From positions 32,001 through 96,000 of the forward strand of contig JBDRPL010000019.1 in the NCBI GenBank assembly GCA_043827025.1: a stretch of DNA of 64,000 nucleotides, given 5' to 3'. The translations under genes and the position numbers were made by a program. Below the pieces are notes generated by a model that saw only the letters and a program-made list of their open reading frames with translations, did no database searches and was not told the DNA's origin. Below, one piece after another: positions 1-8,832 of the stretch; position 1 is the first letter of the stretch; each line of letters begins with the position of its first letter. This DNA is from Candidatus Micrarchaeota archaeon. GTDB taxonomy: Archaea > Micrarchaeota > Micrarchaeia > Anstonellales > Bilamarchaeaceae.

Positions 1-816
1 AGTGATGTGAGTGCAGTGCATGTTTCAGATGTAGCTGAGGTGGAAGACGATCTTATTGCGAAAAAAATCGTAATATCCTATAGGGAAAAAGATGGCAAGC
101 AGCTTGGCGTGACATTTACAACTCTCAAGAACGCGCTTTCAGAGGTTTCTGAAAACATAAAAGTCGGCGACAATAAGATAATCATGAAAATACCTAAAAA
201 GGCCGAGACTTCAAAAGACAAGTCAAAGGATGGAAAAACTTCTCCGCAACCTGATGATGAGCTAGGTACAGGGACTGCACGTGCAGTAAGAAAGCTTGCA
301 AATAAAATACAAGGCACTATTGTAAAAGGCATCAAAGGTATCCAAAGGGCAGTTGTTCTTAAGAGCAGTGATGAATATTTCGTAAGGGCAGCAGGCTTCA
401 ACATTGTGGATGTAATGTCTCATCCCATGGTTGATGCTTCAAGAATATATACTAATAACATAAAAGAAATCGAAAGGGTATTTGGAATAGAGGCTGCAAG
501 GAAAGCAATCATCAAGGAAACAAAAGATGTGCTGGATATGCAGAAGCTTTTCGTAGACATTAGGCATATAATGCTTGTTGCAGATGCGATGTGCTATTGC
601 GGTGAAATTAAATCTATTGGAAGGCATGGACTAAGTGGAGAGAAAGTTGGTGTTCTTGGAAGAGCTGCTTTCGAGGAAACAATAAAGCACCTGGTGAATG
701 CAAGCGCATTTGCTGAAGACGAAAACCTTATAGGCGTTACGGAGAACATTATAGTTGGTCAAACAGTGCCAGTTGGTACTGGGAAAATTAAGCTTTTAAT
801 TAAACCAAAGAAATGA
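1..816 (+). CDS. rpoA2: DNA-directed RNA polymerase subunit A'' (5' truncated by window)
   Basis: Open frame from position 1; motifs TNNIKEIERVFGIEAAR, VDIRHIMLVADAM, RAAFEET, ENIIVGQTVPVGTG; followed by rpl30e and nusA as in the canonical archaeal cluster. Confidence 0.96.
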   Translation, partial: SDVSAVHVSDVAEVEDDLIAKKIVISYREKDGKQLGVTFTTLKNALSEVSENIKVGDNKIIMKIPKKAETSKDKSKDGKTSPQPDDELGTGTARAVRKLANKIQGTIVKGIKGIQRAVVLKSSDEYFVRAAGFNIVDVMSHPMVDASRIYTNNIKEIERVFGIEAARKAIIKETKDVLDMQKLFVDIRHIMLVADAMCYCGEIKSIGRHGLSGEKVGVLGRAAFEETIKHLVNASAFAEDENLIGVTENIIVGQTVPVGTGKIKLLIKPKK

Positions 817-854
817 AAATCAAAGAATATGGAGTATTTTAATGAGGTAATCAC

Positions 855-1298
855 ATGTCAAAGAAAAACGATGAAGATGCAAATGAAGGCAAACAAGTCG
901 AAGAGACTGAAACCGAAGATGTGGCTGTAGAAGAAGCAAAGGTTGAAGAAAAAGTCAAGAGAAAAAAGGTCATAAGAAGGAAATCCAAGAAAGAGAAGGA
1001 AAATCCTATCAATGCAATGATTAGGCTTACTGTTGAAAGCGGAAAGGTGGACTTCGGTTCAAGAAGCTCTGTCAAGAGCAATTCCAAGAACGCGAAACTA
1101 TTCGTTGTCGCAAAGAATACTCCAAAGCAGATACTTGCAAAACTCAAGACTGCAAACGTATCTAATGTGCCTGTTTTCACTTTTGAGGGCAGCACTGTAG
1201 AACTTGGTTCCATTTGTGGAAAGCCGTATCCTGTTTCTGTGATGTCTGTTTATGACTTCGGAAACGCGGATGTCAAGAGCTTTTTGAAAAAAGACTGA
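855..1298 (+). CDS. rpl30e: 50S ribosomal protein L30e with charged N-terminal extension
   Basis: C-terminal ~100 aa match L30e (GKVDFG, ELGSICGKPYPVSVMSVYDFG); syntenic between rpoA2 and nusA; GAGGT RBS upstream. Confidence 0.88.
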   Translation: MSKKNDEDANEGKQVEETETEDVAVEEAKVEEKVKRKKVIRRKSKKEKENPINAMIRLTVESGKVDFGSRSSVKSNSKNAKLFVVAKNTPKQILAKLKTANVSNVPVFTFEGSTVELGSICGKPYPVSVMSVYDFGNADVKSFLKKD

Positions 1299-1302
1299 TT
1301 AG

Positions 1303-1740
1303 ATGGAACTGACCGGCGAAGATCTCAATTTTTTTTCAGAATTCGAGAGAACAACAGGTGTGATGCCAAAGGATTATTACACTTCACAGGAACTCCTGGT
1401 GTTTCTTGTTGACATGGTCAGCCTTGGTAAGGCCATAGGCAAGAAAGGAATCAACATCCAGAGGCTTAGGGCAGCATTCAGGAAGAATGTTGTCATAGTC
1501 GGGGATTCGCCTGATATTGAAATATTCCTTCGAAGTATGTTCAATAATGTCGAAGTCATCTCAATCGAACAGATGGACATCATGAATGAGAAGAATATTG
1601 TTCTCACTATTGATGAAAAAGACAGGGGCATTGCAATTGGAAAGAACGGAGACCGGATAAAGTCAGCGAAGGAGTTTCTGTCAAGGAAGTTCAAGGCAAA
1701 GCTGATGCTCAAGACGAAGAGAAGGTTGGAGAGCATATAA
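1303..1740 (+). CDS. nusA: Archaeal NusA (two KH domains)
   Basis: GKAIGKKG and GIAIGKNG KH motifs; conserved position after rpl30e. Confidence 0.93.
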   Translation: MELTGEDLNFFSEFERTTGVMPKDYYTSQELLVFLVDMVSLGKAIGKKGINIQRLRAAFRKNVVIVGDSPDIEIFLRSMFNNVEVISIEQMDIMNEKNIVLTIDEKDRGIAIGKNGDRIKSAKEFLSRKFKAKLMLKTKRRLESI

Positions 1741-1834
1741 TTATTTTCTTTTGTTTAGCCTAGCAGTTGATTCTTTGCATATTTTAATATAATCACCAAT
1801 AGTTTTAAAAGATGTATCTATGTGACTATCTCTT

Positions 1835-2833
1835 ATGCATAAGCAACTTAGAGTCACTAGTGGTACTAGAACCCTGAAAAACGGGAAGATACGTTTCGAG
1901 AATTGCCATATTCTACAGGATAGCACAACCCATGTCACATGTGTGAGGCTTGGGCTTGACCGTACAAAACCAGCCTCATTCTCCCTTAGTTCTGATAGGG
2001 TTGAAATCGCGGCACATATAAGGAAAAAAGGAGATCCTGCCAAAACAGAATGCCAGGATTCTGCAATTGTAATCATAACTCCAAAGAATGTGGTTGCAGG
2101 GGTTTTCGATGGGTTTGGGCCTGCAGGAACATTTCTTTCAGAGAATGCTGCAAGCATTGCAACGAGGTTGCTGCGCACGGATAAGGTCAGGTGTGATCCT
2201 TTGTTGGATGTTGCTCAAGAATTAAGCGATTTGGGCCTTTATGCCTCAGGAAATTTGAACAGAGAAGGAGGTACAACTGCGGTTCTGGCAAGCGTTTCAG
2301 ATAAAGACGGAGGATTTTGCGTTAATGGTGCTGGGGATTCTGCAATATATCGTCAGAGACTGCCTAATCAGATCTCTCGGCTTTTGAATTATTTTTTTGA
2401 CAATAGGGGCGATAGAATTGATGAGATGATAATTCAAGAATATCTTTCCAGAAGGCATTTTGTTTCTTCAATAGGCACTTTAAGTTTTCAACCTCCTATT
2501 GCGGGGAGATATGAGTGTTCTGGTGGAATGCTTGATGCAGGCGAAGTCCTGCTTCTTGCAAGCGATGGACTCACTAAGAATTTGACAGTTAGGTTCAACC
2601 CTGAAACTCAGAAAGTGATCGATGTTAGCGGGTGTAGAAGCCTTCAACATATTCTCAATGGTATGCGCGAACCATCTGCGATGGTAGAAGCAATTCTCAG
2701 AGCAATAAATAGGAGGGTTAATCGTTTGGAAAGACGTGTTCATCTATGCAATAAAAGCACAGTTCTTTGGCCTCAGGACGATGATGTTGCATTGATTGCA
2801 ATGAAATTCCATAAATTTCAGGAAACCTTTTGA
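1835..2833 (+). CDS. PP2C/PPM-family phosphatase-like protein
   Basis: Ordered PPM motifs ECQDS, GVFDGFG, GGTTA, GAGDS, LLASDGL, QDDDVALI; TATA-like TTTTAAAA about 30 bp upstream. Confidence 0.75.
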   Translation: MHKQLRVTSGTRTLKNGKIRFENCHILQDSTTHVTCVRLGLDRTKPASFSLSSDRVEIAAHIRKKGDPAKTECQDSAIVIITPKNVVAGVFDGFGPAGTFLSENAASIATRLLRTDKVRCDPLLDVAQELSDLGLYASGNLNREGGTTAVLASVSDKDGGFCVNGAGDSAIYRQRLPNQISRLLNYFFDNRGDRIDEMIIQEYLSRRHFVSSIGTLSFQPPIAGRYECSGGMLDAGEVLLLASDGLTKNLTVRFNPETQKVIDVSGCRSLQHILNGMREPSAMVEAILRAINRRVNRLERRVHLCNKSTVLWPQDDDVALIAMKFHKFQETF

Positions 2834-2842
2834 ATCTGCTAA

Positions 2843-4081
2843 TTAAGACAAATGCCTTGTCTCGTCTCTTTTTGGCCCATATGAAAGAACAGTTATCTTC
2901 ACTCCAGTTTCTTTTTCTATGAACTCCAAGTATTCTTTTGCAAGTTTGGGAACTTCCTTCTTCCAGTCTGGCTTGCCCCAGCCTTTGAATGTTTTGTAAA
3001 TAGGTTTTGCTTTTGCTAAATCAACTGGCAAGTCCTTTGTTTTCTTACCATTTACTTCGTATTCTGTGCAAACTTTAATTTCATCAAAACCATCAAGTAC
3101 ATCCATCTTTGTTACTACCAATTCAGTTAATCCATTTATCCTGCAGGCATATCTCACAACCACTAAATCTAACCATCCGCATCTTCTTGGCCTTCCTGTT
3201 GTTGTGCCGAATTCATTGCCATTCTTTCTCAGCATTTCGCCATCCTTGTCATTTAATTCAGTTGGGAAAGGCCCTTCTCCGACCCTGGTAGTATATGCTT
3301 TCACAATTCCAATTACTTTGGTCAGCTTGTTTGGCGGAATTCCAGAGCCAGTGCATGCCGAACCGCTTACTATATTTGATGAGGTGACAAAAGGATAGGT
3401 TCCATGATCCATATCAAGCATTGTTCCCTGCGCGCCTTCCAGCATCACGCTCTTGTGCCTTTCAATGGCATCATTCAATAAAACCTGCGTATCGCAAACA
3501 TAGGGTTTGATTCGTTTTGCAAACGTCTCGAGTTTGTCATAGATTTTGTCAGCATCCAATTCGACTTTTTGTCCATACGAGTTAAGTATCTGTTTCTTTA
3601 TCTTCACAATAAAATTGACCTTTTCTTTCAATCCATCATATAAATCGTAAATTCGTATTGCAGTTACTCTTGTTGCCTTGTCAGCATAGGTCGGCCCTAT
3701 TCCTCTTTTTGTCGTTCCAATCTTTCCAGCAGCCTCTATGCCATCAAGCATTAGGTGCCAATCAAGAATAATGTGCGCCCTTTCGCTTATTCTGAGCTTC
3801 TCAAGTGAATATCCTGCCTTTTCAACCTCATCTATTTCTTTAAGCAGTGTTTCTGGATGAATAACAACTCCGTTTCCAATGACCTTGTATTTCTCAGGAT
3901 AAAAAACAGCTGAAGGAATGAGATGAAGGCCGAATTTCGCTTCGCCAACCTTTATAGTATGGCCGGCATTGTTGCCCCCGTTGAACCTGACAATGTAATC
4001 ATAATCTCTTGCGAACATATCGATTATTTTGCCCTTTCCTTCGTCTCCCCATTGTGTGCCGATGATAACTGAAACAGACAT
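2843..4081 (-). CDS. purA: Adenylosuccinate synthetase
   Basis: QWGDEGKGK, GGNNAGHT, IGTTKRGIGP, EGAQG, GTTTGRPRRCGW. Confidence 0.98.
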   Translation of the reverse strand: MSVSVIIGTQWGDEGKGKIIDMFARDYDYIVRFNGGNNAGHTIKVGEAKFGLHLIPSAVFYPEKYKVIGNGVVIHPETLLKEIDEVEKAGYSLEKLRISERAHIILDWHLMLDGIEAAGKIGTTKRGIGPTYADKATRVTAIRIYDLYDGLKEKVNFIVKIKKQILNSYGQKVELDADKIYDKLETFAKRIKPYVCDTQVLLNDAIERHKSVMLEGAQGTMLDMDHGTYPFVTSSNIVSGSACTGSGIPPNKLTKVIGIVKAYTTRVGEGPFPTELNDKDGEMLRKNGNEFGTTTGRPRRCGWLDLVVVRYACRINGLTELVVTKMDVLDGFDEIKVCTEYEVNGKKTKDLPVDLAKAKPIYKTFKGWGKPDWKKEVPKLAKEYLEFIEKETGVKITVLSYGPKRDETRHLS

Positions 4082-4163
4082 GCTTTTGTATTAATTAGTT
4101 TCATTTTAAAATACTTGATGGAATTCGATTCCATCAATTCTGCCGGAAGTTCTCTGCTTGACG

Positions 4164-4853
4164 CTATTGCGGAACAATTTCCCTGAAAAATCCGCCAGAT
4201 ATTAATACGGATTCCCGGATAGGGATTATGTCTTTGCCCATTACTCTTGCGATTGCAATATACTTCCATCCAGGAACTTCCTCCCGGATCTTCAGGAAGT
4301 ATTGCAGAACAAAATCAACCATTGGGACAACAATGTTTCCTTTTCCATCGCAAATATCATCCAATTCTATGTAAGGTATTGCGGCATAGCTGATTTCTCT
4401 TATGGCAGTGCATTTTTGACTCAGCATTAGATACTCCAACCTAATTCCTTTTCTTAGATTTTCTGTCATTCCTGCTAATGGGAATACCCTACAGTTATGA
4501 GGCTTGACTTCATGAACAAGACACGCTCTTTCTGAAAGCAGATAGCAGTCCCCATTGAAATTACTATACAATCCCACGTCTTGGCCTCCTTGTGATATTG
4601 TAATTGCAGTATTGATGCCTCTTCCATATGTTAATTCTCTTCCATGCATTTTTTCTCTGATTTTTCGGCCTTCGCCGTCTTTGAGAGGTACGAATGAGTT
4701 CCGTATCCCCCAATTTCTGCAGCATTCTCCGCATGAAGTGCACTGCTTTTTTGCGAAAACCTCCCCGATTTTTTCCCTGGCATTCGCTGGCCTTTTTGGC
4801 AATTTGTTTACAACTATTCTCTGCTTCGGAAGTCTTTCGATTAGCGATGTCAT
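4164..4853 (-). CDS. YkgJ-family (CxxCxxCC) Zn/Fe-S cysteine-cluster protein
   Basis: CTSCGECC followed by CYLL...CLVHEVKPHNCRVFP. Confidence 0.75.
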   Translation of the reverse strand: MTSLIERLPKQRIVVNKLPKRPANAREKIGEVFAKKQCTSCGECCRNWGIRNSFVPLKDGEGRKIREKMHGRELTYGRGINTAITISQGGQDVGLYSNFNGDCYLLSERACLVHEVKPHNCRVFPLAGMTENLRKGIRLEYLMLSQKCTAIREISYAAIPYIELDDICDGKGNIVVPMVDFVLQYFLKIREEVPGWKYIAIARVMGKDIIPIRESVLISGGFFREIVPQ

Positions 4854-4891
4854 TTCAGAACTATTGTGTATATAAATGTTTTTAAATGAGC

Positions 4892-5527
4892 TTATTTCTT
4901 AATTTCCTTTTTGTATTCCAGATAAGAGTAAACAATGATCCCTAGCGAAACCAGCAATATCGGCACTATGATTATCCAGATTGCGTATTGCTTAGGTGCA
5001 AATATCCCCAACAGGGCAATCACTCCGCAAATCCTGAACAGTTTTCCGCCAAGTGCGTGCGTCTTATTCCAGACATTTTCATTTGAAAGAGTCCATGGCG
5101 TCCTTATCCCTATGAACCAGTTCATCTTTGCCTTTTCCAAAAGCGTTCCTGTGTAATAGAATATTGCAGCTATGCCTATGCCCATCGGATAACTGACGGG
5201 TATATCATATCCCATATTCGAGACGATGATGAACGATTCCATCATCAGCATGAAAAGAAGCATGATGCTTATGAATGTGTCATACTCTTTTTCGAAACCC
5301 TTTGCGTTTTTGCGCATTGGGTCAAAGCCAGGCAAGTACTTCATAAGGGCATAAATCATCAGTGTGATCACAGGAAGCAAGAACAGTCCTAAGGGCTTGT
5401 CCATATGCCCGTTTGGATTTCCCTCGGCATCCCAATGGCTTATCACTTTGTCAGGAACCTGTCCGTAGAAATATATTGGTAATATGAACAACAGAAGAAT
5501 TACTGCTAATTGGATGTATCGCATCAT
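4892..5527 (-). CDS. SdpI/DUF1648-family membrane protein
   Basis: PDKVISHWDAEGNPNG and NWFIGIRTPWTLSNENVWNKTH motifs; several TM segments. Confidence 0.88.
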   Translation of the reverse strand: MMRYIQLAVILLLFILPIYFYGQVPDKVISHWDAEGNPNGHMDKPLGLFLLPVITLMIYALMKYLPGFDPMRKNAKGFEKEYDTFISIMLLFMLMMESFIIVSNMGYDIPVSYPMGIGIAAIFYYTGTLLEKAKMNWFIGIRTPWTLSNENVWNKTHALGGKLFRICGVIALLGIFAPKQYAIWIIIVPILLVSLGIIVYSYLEYKKEIKK

Positions 5528-5578
5528 GTATCATAAATAGAAAAAAGAATTAAAGAGGTTATGGGTTTTTGTTTTGAA

Positions 5579-6505
5579 TCAGATTCCAATCTCCTCTCCA
5601 GGAACCTTTGGAAACAACACCGCATCCCTTATGTGTGCCTTGCCTGTCAGATATCTAACGAGCCTTTCGACTCCGAATCCGCCACCTGCGGTTTTCTTGA
5701 GCAAACCTTTCTTTGCGATTTCAAGATATGGCCGGTAAGCATCAAGGCTTGTCTTTCTTTCCTTCATCTTTCTGACAATTACATCGTACTCTGTCTCTCG
5801 TTCAGCACCAGACATCGCCTCTCCGAAACCCTCAGGATAAACCAAATCATAGTTGATATGCTTCTTTGTTGTTGGATCTTCCCGATCGTAAAACTCACGA
5901 TAATGATCTGTTATCCAGAAAGGCTCCTTCTCCATTTTTGAAACATGTGATTCAAAATCATCCCCGTATTTCTGCTTTAGTTCAACTGAATCATATACTT
6001 TGAATGGTTTTTCCAAGTCAGGGATTATTCTTCCAAGCCTCTTCAGTTCTTCAGCGCATTTTTTCTTCACGAACTCGAATACGTATGCGTAAAGCCTTTC
6101 AGTGAACTTCCTGAACTCTTCTGAACTTGCGCCTCTGAGTTCAATATCTACCTGACTGAATTCAAGCAGATGCCTTCCGCTCTTTCCCCTTTCTTCTTTC
6201 TCAAGCCTGATGTTCGGAGAAATTATGTAGATTCCTTTGACATCAGACCTAATCATGGAAAGCTGTTTGTGCAATATCATGCTCTTCATCAACTCCAGCC
6301 TCTGGTCTCCATAATGAAGCGAGGCATCATAAACAGAGTGATTAAGGGGATCTGTGACTGTGGATAGCATCACAGGCATCAATTGCGTCATTTTCTCTTT
6401 CCACATGAAATCGCTGATGGCTCTCAGCACTGCTGTTTGTATTGACATGATGTCTTTCATTTCCGGTTTCATGAGTTTCTCTATTGTTTTTTCCATCTTT
6501 ACCAA
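5579..6505 (-). CDS. asnA: Archaeal asparagine synthetase A (AsnRS paralog lacking anticodon domain)
   Basis: 308-aa class II aaRS catalytic core only: TDPLNH, SMILHKQL, SPNIRLE, RHLLEFSQVDIE, SGAERE, GGGFGVERL. Confidence 0.87.
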   Translation of the reverse strand: MVKMEKTIEKLMKPEMKDIMSIQTAVLRAISDFMWKEKMTQLMPVMLSTVTDPLNHSVYDASLHYGDQRLELMKSMILHKQLSMIRSDVKGIYIISPNIRLEKEERGKSGRHLLEFSQVDIELRGASSEEFRKFTERLYAYVFEFVKKKCAEELKRLGRIIPDLEKPFKVYDSVELKQKYGDDFESHVSKMEKEPFWITDHYREFYDREDPTTKKHINYDLVYPEGFGEAMSGAERETEYDVIVRKMKERKTSLDAYRPYLEIAKKGLLKKTAGGGFGVERLVRYLTGKAHIRDAVLFPKVPGEEIGI

Positions 6506-6546
6506 TCCTCTGTTTTATTCATTGCATTTGACGTGGTATAAATACA

Positions 6547-6616
6547 TTTTGCCAAAATTATGGCAAAAACTGCCAAAAATGCATTAATTTATAAAGAGTT
6601 TGGAACATATGTTCCA
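6547..6616. promoter_or_regulatory. Candidate operators and TATA box in the asnA/lrp divergent intergenic region
   Basis: Inverted repeat TTTTGCCA-N6-TGGCAAAA (6547-6568), TTTATAAA (6588-6595), perfect palindrome TGGAACATATGTTCCA (6601-6616). Confidence 0.55.
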
Positions 6617-6618
6617 TA

Positions 6619-7071
6619 GTGAACTACAGCCTCGATGAAAAAGACCAGTTGATTCTGGATACGCTGAAGGAGCGTAGCGATTCAACAACCCGCCAAATCG
6701 CAAAGAAAACGCTCCTTCCTCCTACCACCATTCATAATCGTATAAGGAAGCTCAAGGAAGCAGGAATAATCAAACGATTTACTATTGAGATTGACGAGAA
6801 CAAGGCTGGAAACAAAGTTTTGGCCTATGTCCTGGTCTCAGCAGATCTTAAGCTACTCAAGGAAAAGAAGAAGACGCAATATGATCTTGCAAATGACATA
6901 AGGAAGTTTGGATTCGTGAGGCGAGTTGATATTGTTGCAGGAGTGACGGATCTTGTTGCTATGGTTAGGGTAAAGGACATGGAAGAATTCGATAAAATGT
7001 TATTAGGAAAGTTACAGCTCATTGAAGGAGTGGACAAGACGCAGACAATGATTGTGATACATGAGAAATAA
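6619..7071 (+). CDS. Lrp/AsnC-family transcriptional regulator
   Basis: LDEKDQLILDTL, HTH region TIHNRIRKLKEAGII, C-terminal RAM domain; GTG start. Confidence 0.93.
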   Translation: MNYSLDEKDQLILDTLKERSDSTTRQIAKKTLLPPTTIHNRIRKLKEAGIIKRFTIEIDENKAGNKVLAYVLVSADLKLLKEKKKTQYDLANDIRKFGFVRRVDIVAGVTDLVAMVRVKDMEEFDKMLLGKLQLIEGVDKTQTMIVIHEK

Positions 7072-7190
7072 AAAAACATCCTCCATTAGTTCGAACTGCA
7101 CTTCGTTTCATTCAAGGATGTCGTTTTTTGTAAAATAAAAAAATCGCCATGGCAAGAACGCATTCGTTCTTGACTGTCGAAATTTTTTTT
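7072..7190. repeat. Two tandem imperfect hairpins between convergent lrp and tRNA-Ser (terminator or REP-like)
   Basis: AAAAAACATCCT...AGGATGTCGTTTTTT, then CAAGAACG-CATT-CGTTCTTG (7153-7172) inside A/T-tract arms. Confidence 0.5.
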
Positions 7191-7204
7191 AAGAAAAAAA
7201 ATTT

Positions 7205-7330
7205 CGCCAAGGACCGGATTTGAACCAGTAATTCCTTGCGGAACTAGATTTCAAGTCTAGCGCACTACCGGGTTGCATGCTCTGCGTGCAATTTTGAACG
7301 CGCACGTTCAAAGCTTTATGCGACCTTGGC
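7205..7330 (-). tRNA. tRNA-Ser(TGA) with a 43-nt intron at 15/16 (intron 7273-7315)
   Basis: Minus strand: acceptor GCCAAGG/CCTTGGC plus G73; anticodon arm CTAGA-CTTGAAA-TCTAG; long variable arm TCC-GCAA-GGA; T arm ACTGG-TTCAAAT-CCGGT. Intron bounded by helix GCAT/ATGC with bulges AA|A and AA|C. CCA not encoded. Confidence 0.92.
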
Positions 7331-7471
7331 GAATGAATATGAGCCATGGTTATTTACCGAGAAGGTAAATTCACCCTTGGCAACGAACGTGAGTGAGTCT
7401 CAAAATTACTATTGTTCTGGCAAACGTTTTTATTGTTTCCTTCTGAGAATATGTTTATGAATTCTGTAAAT

Positions 7472-8377
7472 ATGAACAAAGATAGCAAGTTTATCGACAA
7501 TATGTCTTCGATATACGGGCGTTTTTTCACTGTGAAGAGAGTTATCGCAAAGAAAAAAACAAAATATCAGGAACTTGAACTAATAGATACTCCTGCATAC
7601 GGGAAGATGATGATTCTTGACGGCAAACCGCAGATCGCAGAGTATGGCGATTATTTTTATCACGAGCCTTTGGCCCAGCTACCTATGTTTTGTGCAAAAG
7701 ATCCCAAGAGAGTTTTGATTATAGGTGGCGGGGATGGCGGTTCTCCAAGAGAGGTCCTGAAGCACAATGTGAAGCAAGTAGACATGGTTGAACTTGACGA
7801 GGATGTCATAAAATTCGCTAAAGAGTACCTTAGGTTCGTCTGTAAGGATTCCTATGAAGATAAGAGGTTGAATCTGCATATTGGAGATGGAAGGGCATTC
7901 GTAGAAGCGCAATTGAAGAAAGGTGAAAAATACGACGTAATCATTTCTGACCTCACTGATCCTTTCGGACCTTCGAAAATGCTTTATACCAAGGAATTCT
8001 ACACCATGGTGAAGAAATTGCTTAATAAAGGCGGCGTATTCTCAACACATTGTGAATTTCCATTAATGTTTAAAGATGCGTTTCCGACAGTAACCACTAC
8101 TCTGAATTCTGTGTTTCCACATGCTGTTTTTTCATATGTATTCGTTCCGGCATATGGCGACCTTATGGTTTTTGGCTCGTTTTCCGCAGAAAAGATAGAT
8201 GAGGTTGCGGTCAGGTCGAATGTCCTGAAAAAGCAAAAATCCCTTGACCTGAAGATGCTGGGCACTATGGCGATGGGATTCCCTCGATTTTTGGAACCTT
8301 TGATGAAGTATGGGAAAGTGTCGACCGATGCGGACCCATATGAGATTGATGAATCTCAGACAGGTGTTCAATACTAA
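7472..8377 (+). CDS. speE: Spermidine synthase / polyamine aminopropyltransferase (start could be 7451 or 7457)
   Basis: TKYQEL, GKMMILDG, YHEPL, VLIIGGGDGG, VELD, YDVIISDLTDP. Confidence 0.93.
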   Translation: MNKDSKFIDNMSSIYGRFFTVKRVIAKKKTKYQELELIDTPAYGKMMILDGKPQIAEYGDYFYHEPLAQLPMFCAKDPKRVLIIGGGDGGSPREVLKHNVKQVDMVELDEDVIKFAKEYLRFVCKDSYEDKRLNLHIGDGRAFVEAQLKKGEKYDVIISDLTDPFGPSKMLYTKEFYTMVKKLLNKGGVFSTHCEFPLMFKDAFPTVTTTLNSVFPHAVFSYVFVPAYGDLMVFGSFSAEKIDEVAVRSNVLKKQKSLDLKMLGTMAMGFPRFLEPLMKYGKVSTDADPYEIDESQTGVQY

Positions 8378-8379
8378 AC

Positions 8380-8832
8380 TCATACTTCAAAATAAGTCTT
8401 AAATTTCTCAGTCAGTGTGAGTTTCGAAGTTCTTCCTTCTTTTCTTTGCCTTATGAATCCGTTTTCTACAAGTTCCCGTACATCATCATAAATCTGCGGA
8501 CCTATTTTTTTGACCAGGTCGGACTTGAGCATTTCATTGTGTTTTGAAAGATATGCAAGGGTCCTCAATGCATTTTTGCTTATCTCTGTTTCTTTGGCGA
8601 ATTGTTTCACCTTTTCAATGTGTTCCCCCTTTATTTTCATCACGTATTTTCCATCTACCTCTGAGATTTCTATGGCACTTCCTCTTTCTTCATAGTCTTT
8701 CTTGAGTTCCTGGATGGCGTTCTGCAGGTATCCTACTGCGCCTATGCCTGTGAGTGTCTTGAATTCCTCGACCCCCATGGCCCTTGAGCTTAGGAAAAGG
8801 GCAGCCTCTATCATTTTTTTTTCATCGCTCAT
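8380..8832 (-). CDS. scpB: SMC-Scp complex subunit ScpB
   Basis: IEAALFLS start, LRTLAYL, ELVENGFI, TEKFKTYF; tandem winged helices. Confidence 0.85.
   Translation of the reverse strand: MSDEKKMIEAALFLSSRAMGVEEFKTLTGIGAVGYLQNAIQELKKDYEERGSAIEISEVDGKYVMKIKGEHIEKVKQFAKETEISKNALRTLAYLSKHNEMLKSDLVKKIGPQIYDDVRELVENGFIRQRKEGRTSKLTLTEKFKTYFEV

Noticed and set aside
5579..6505. Truncated asnS pseudogene
   Set aside because: Intact ORF with archaeal AsnA motifs; lacking the anticodon domain is normal for this family.
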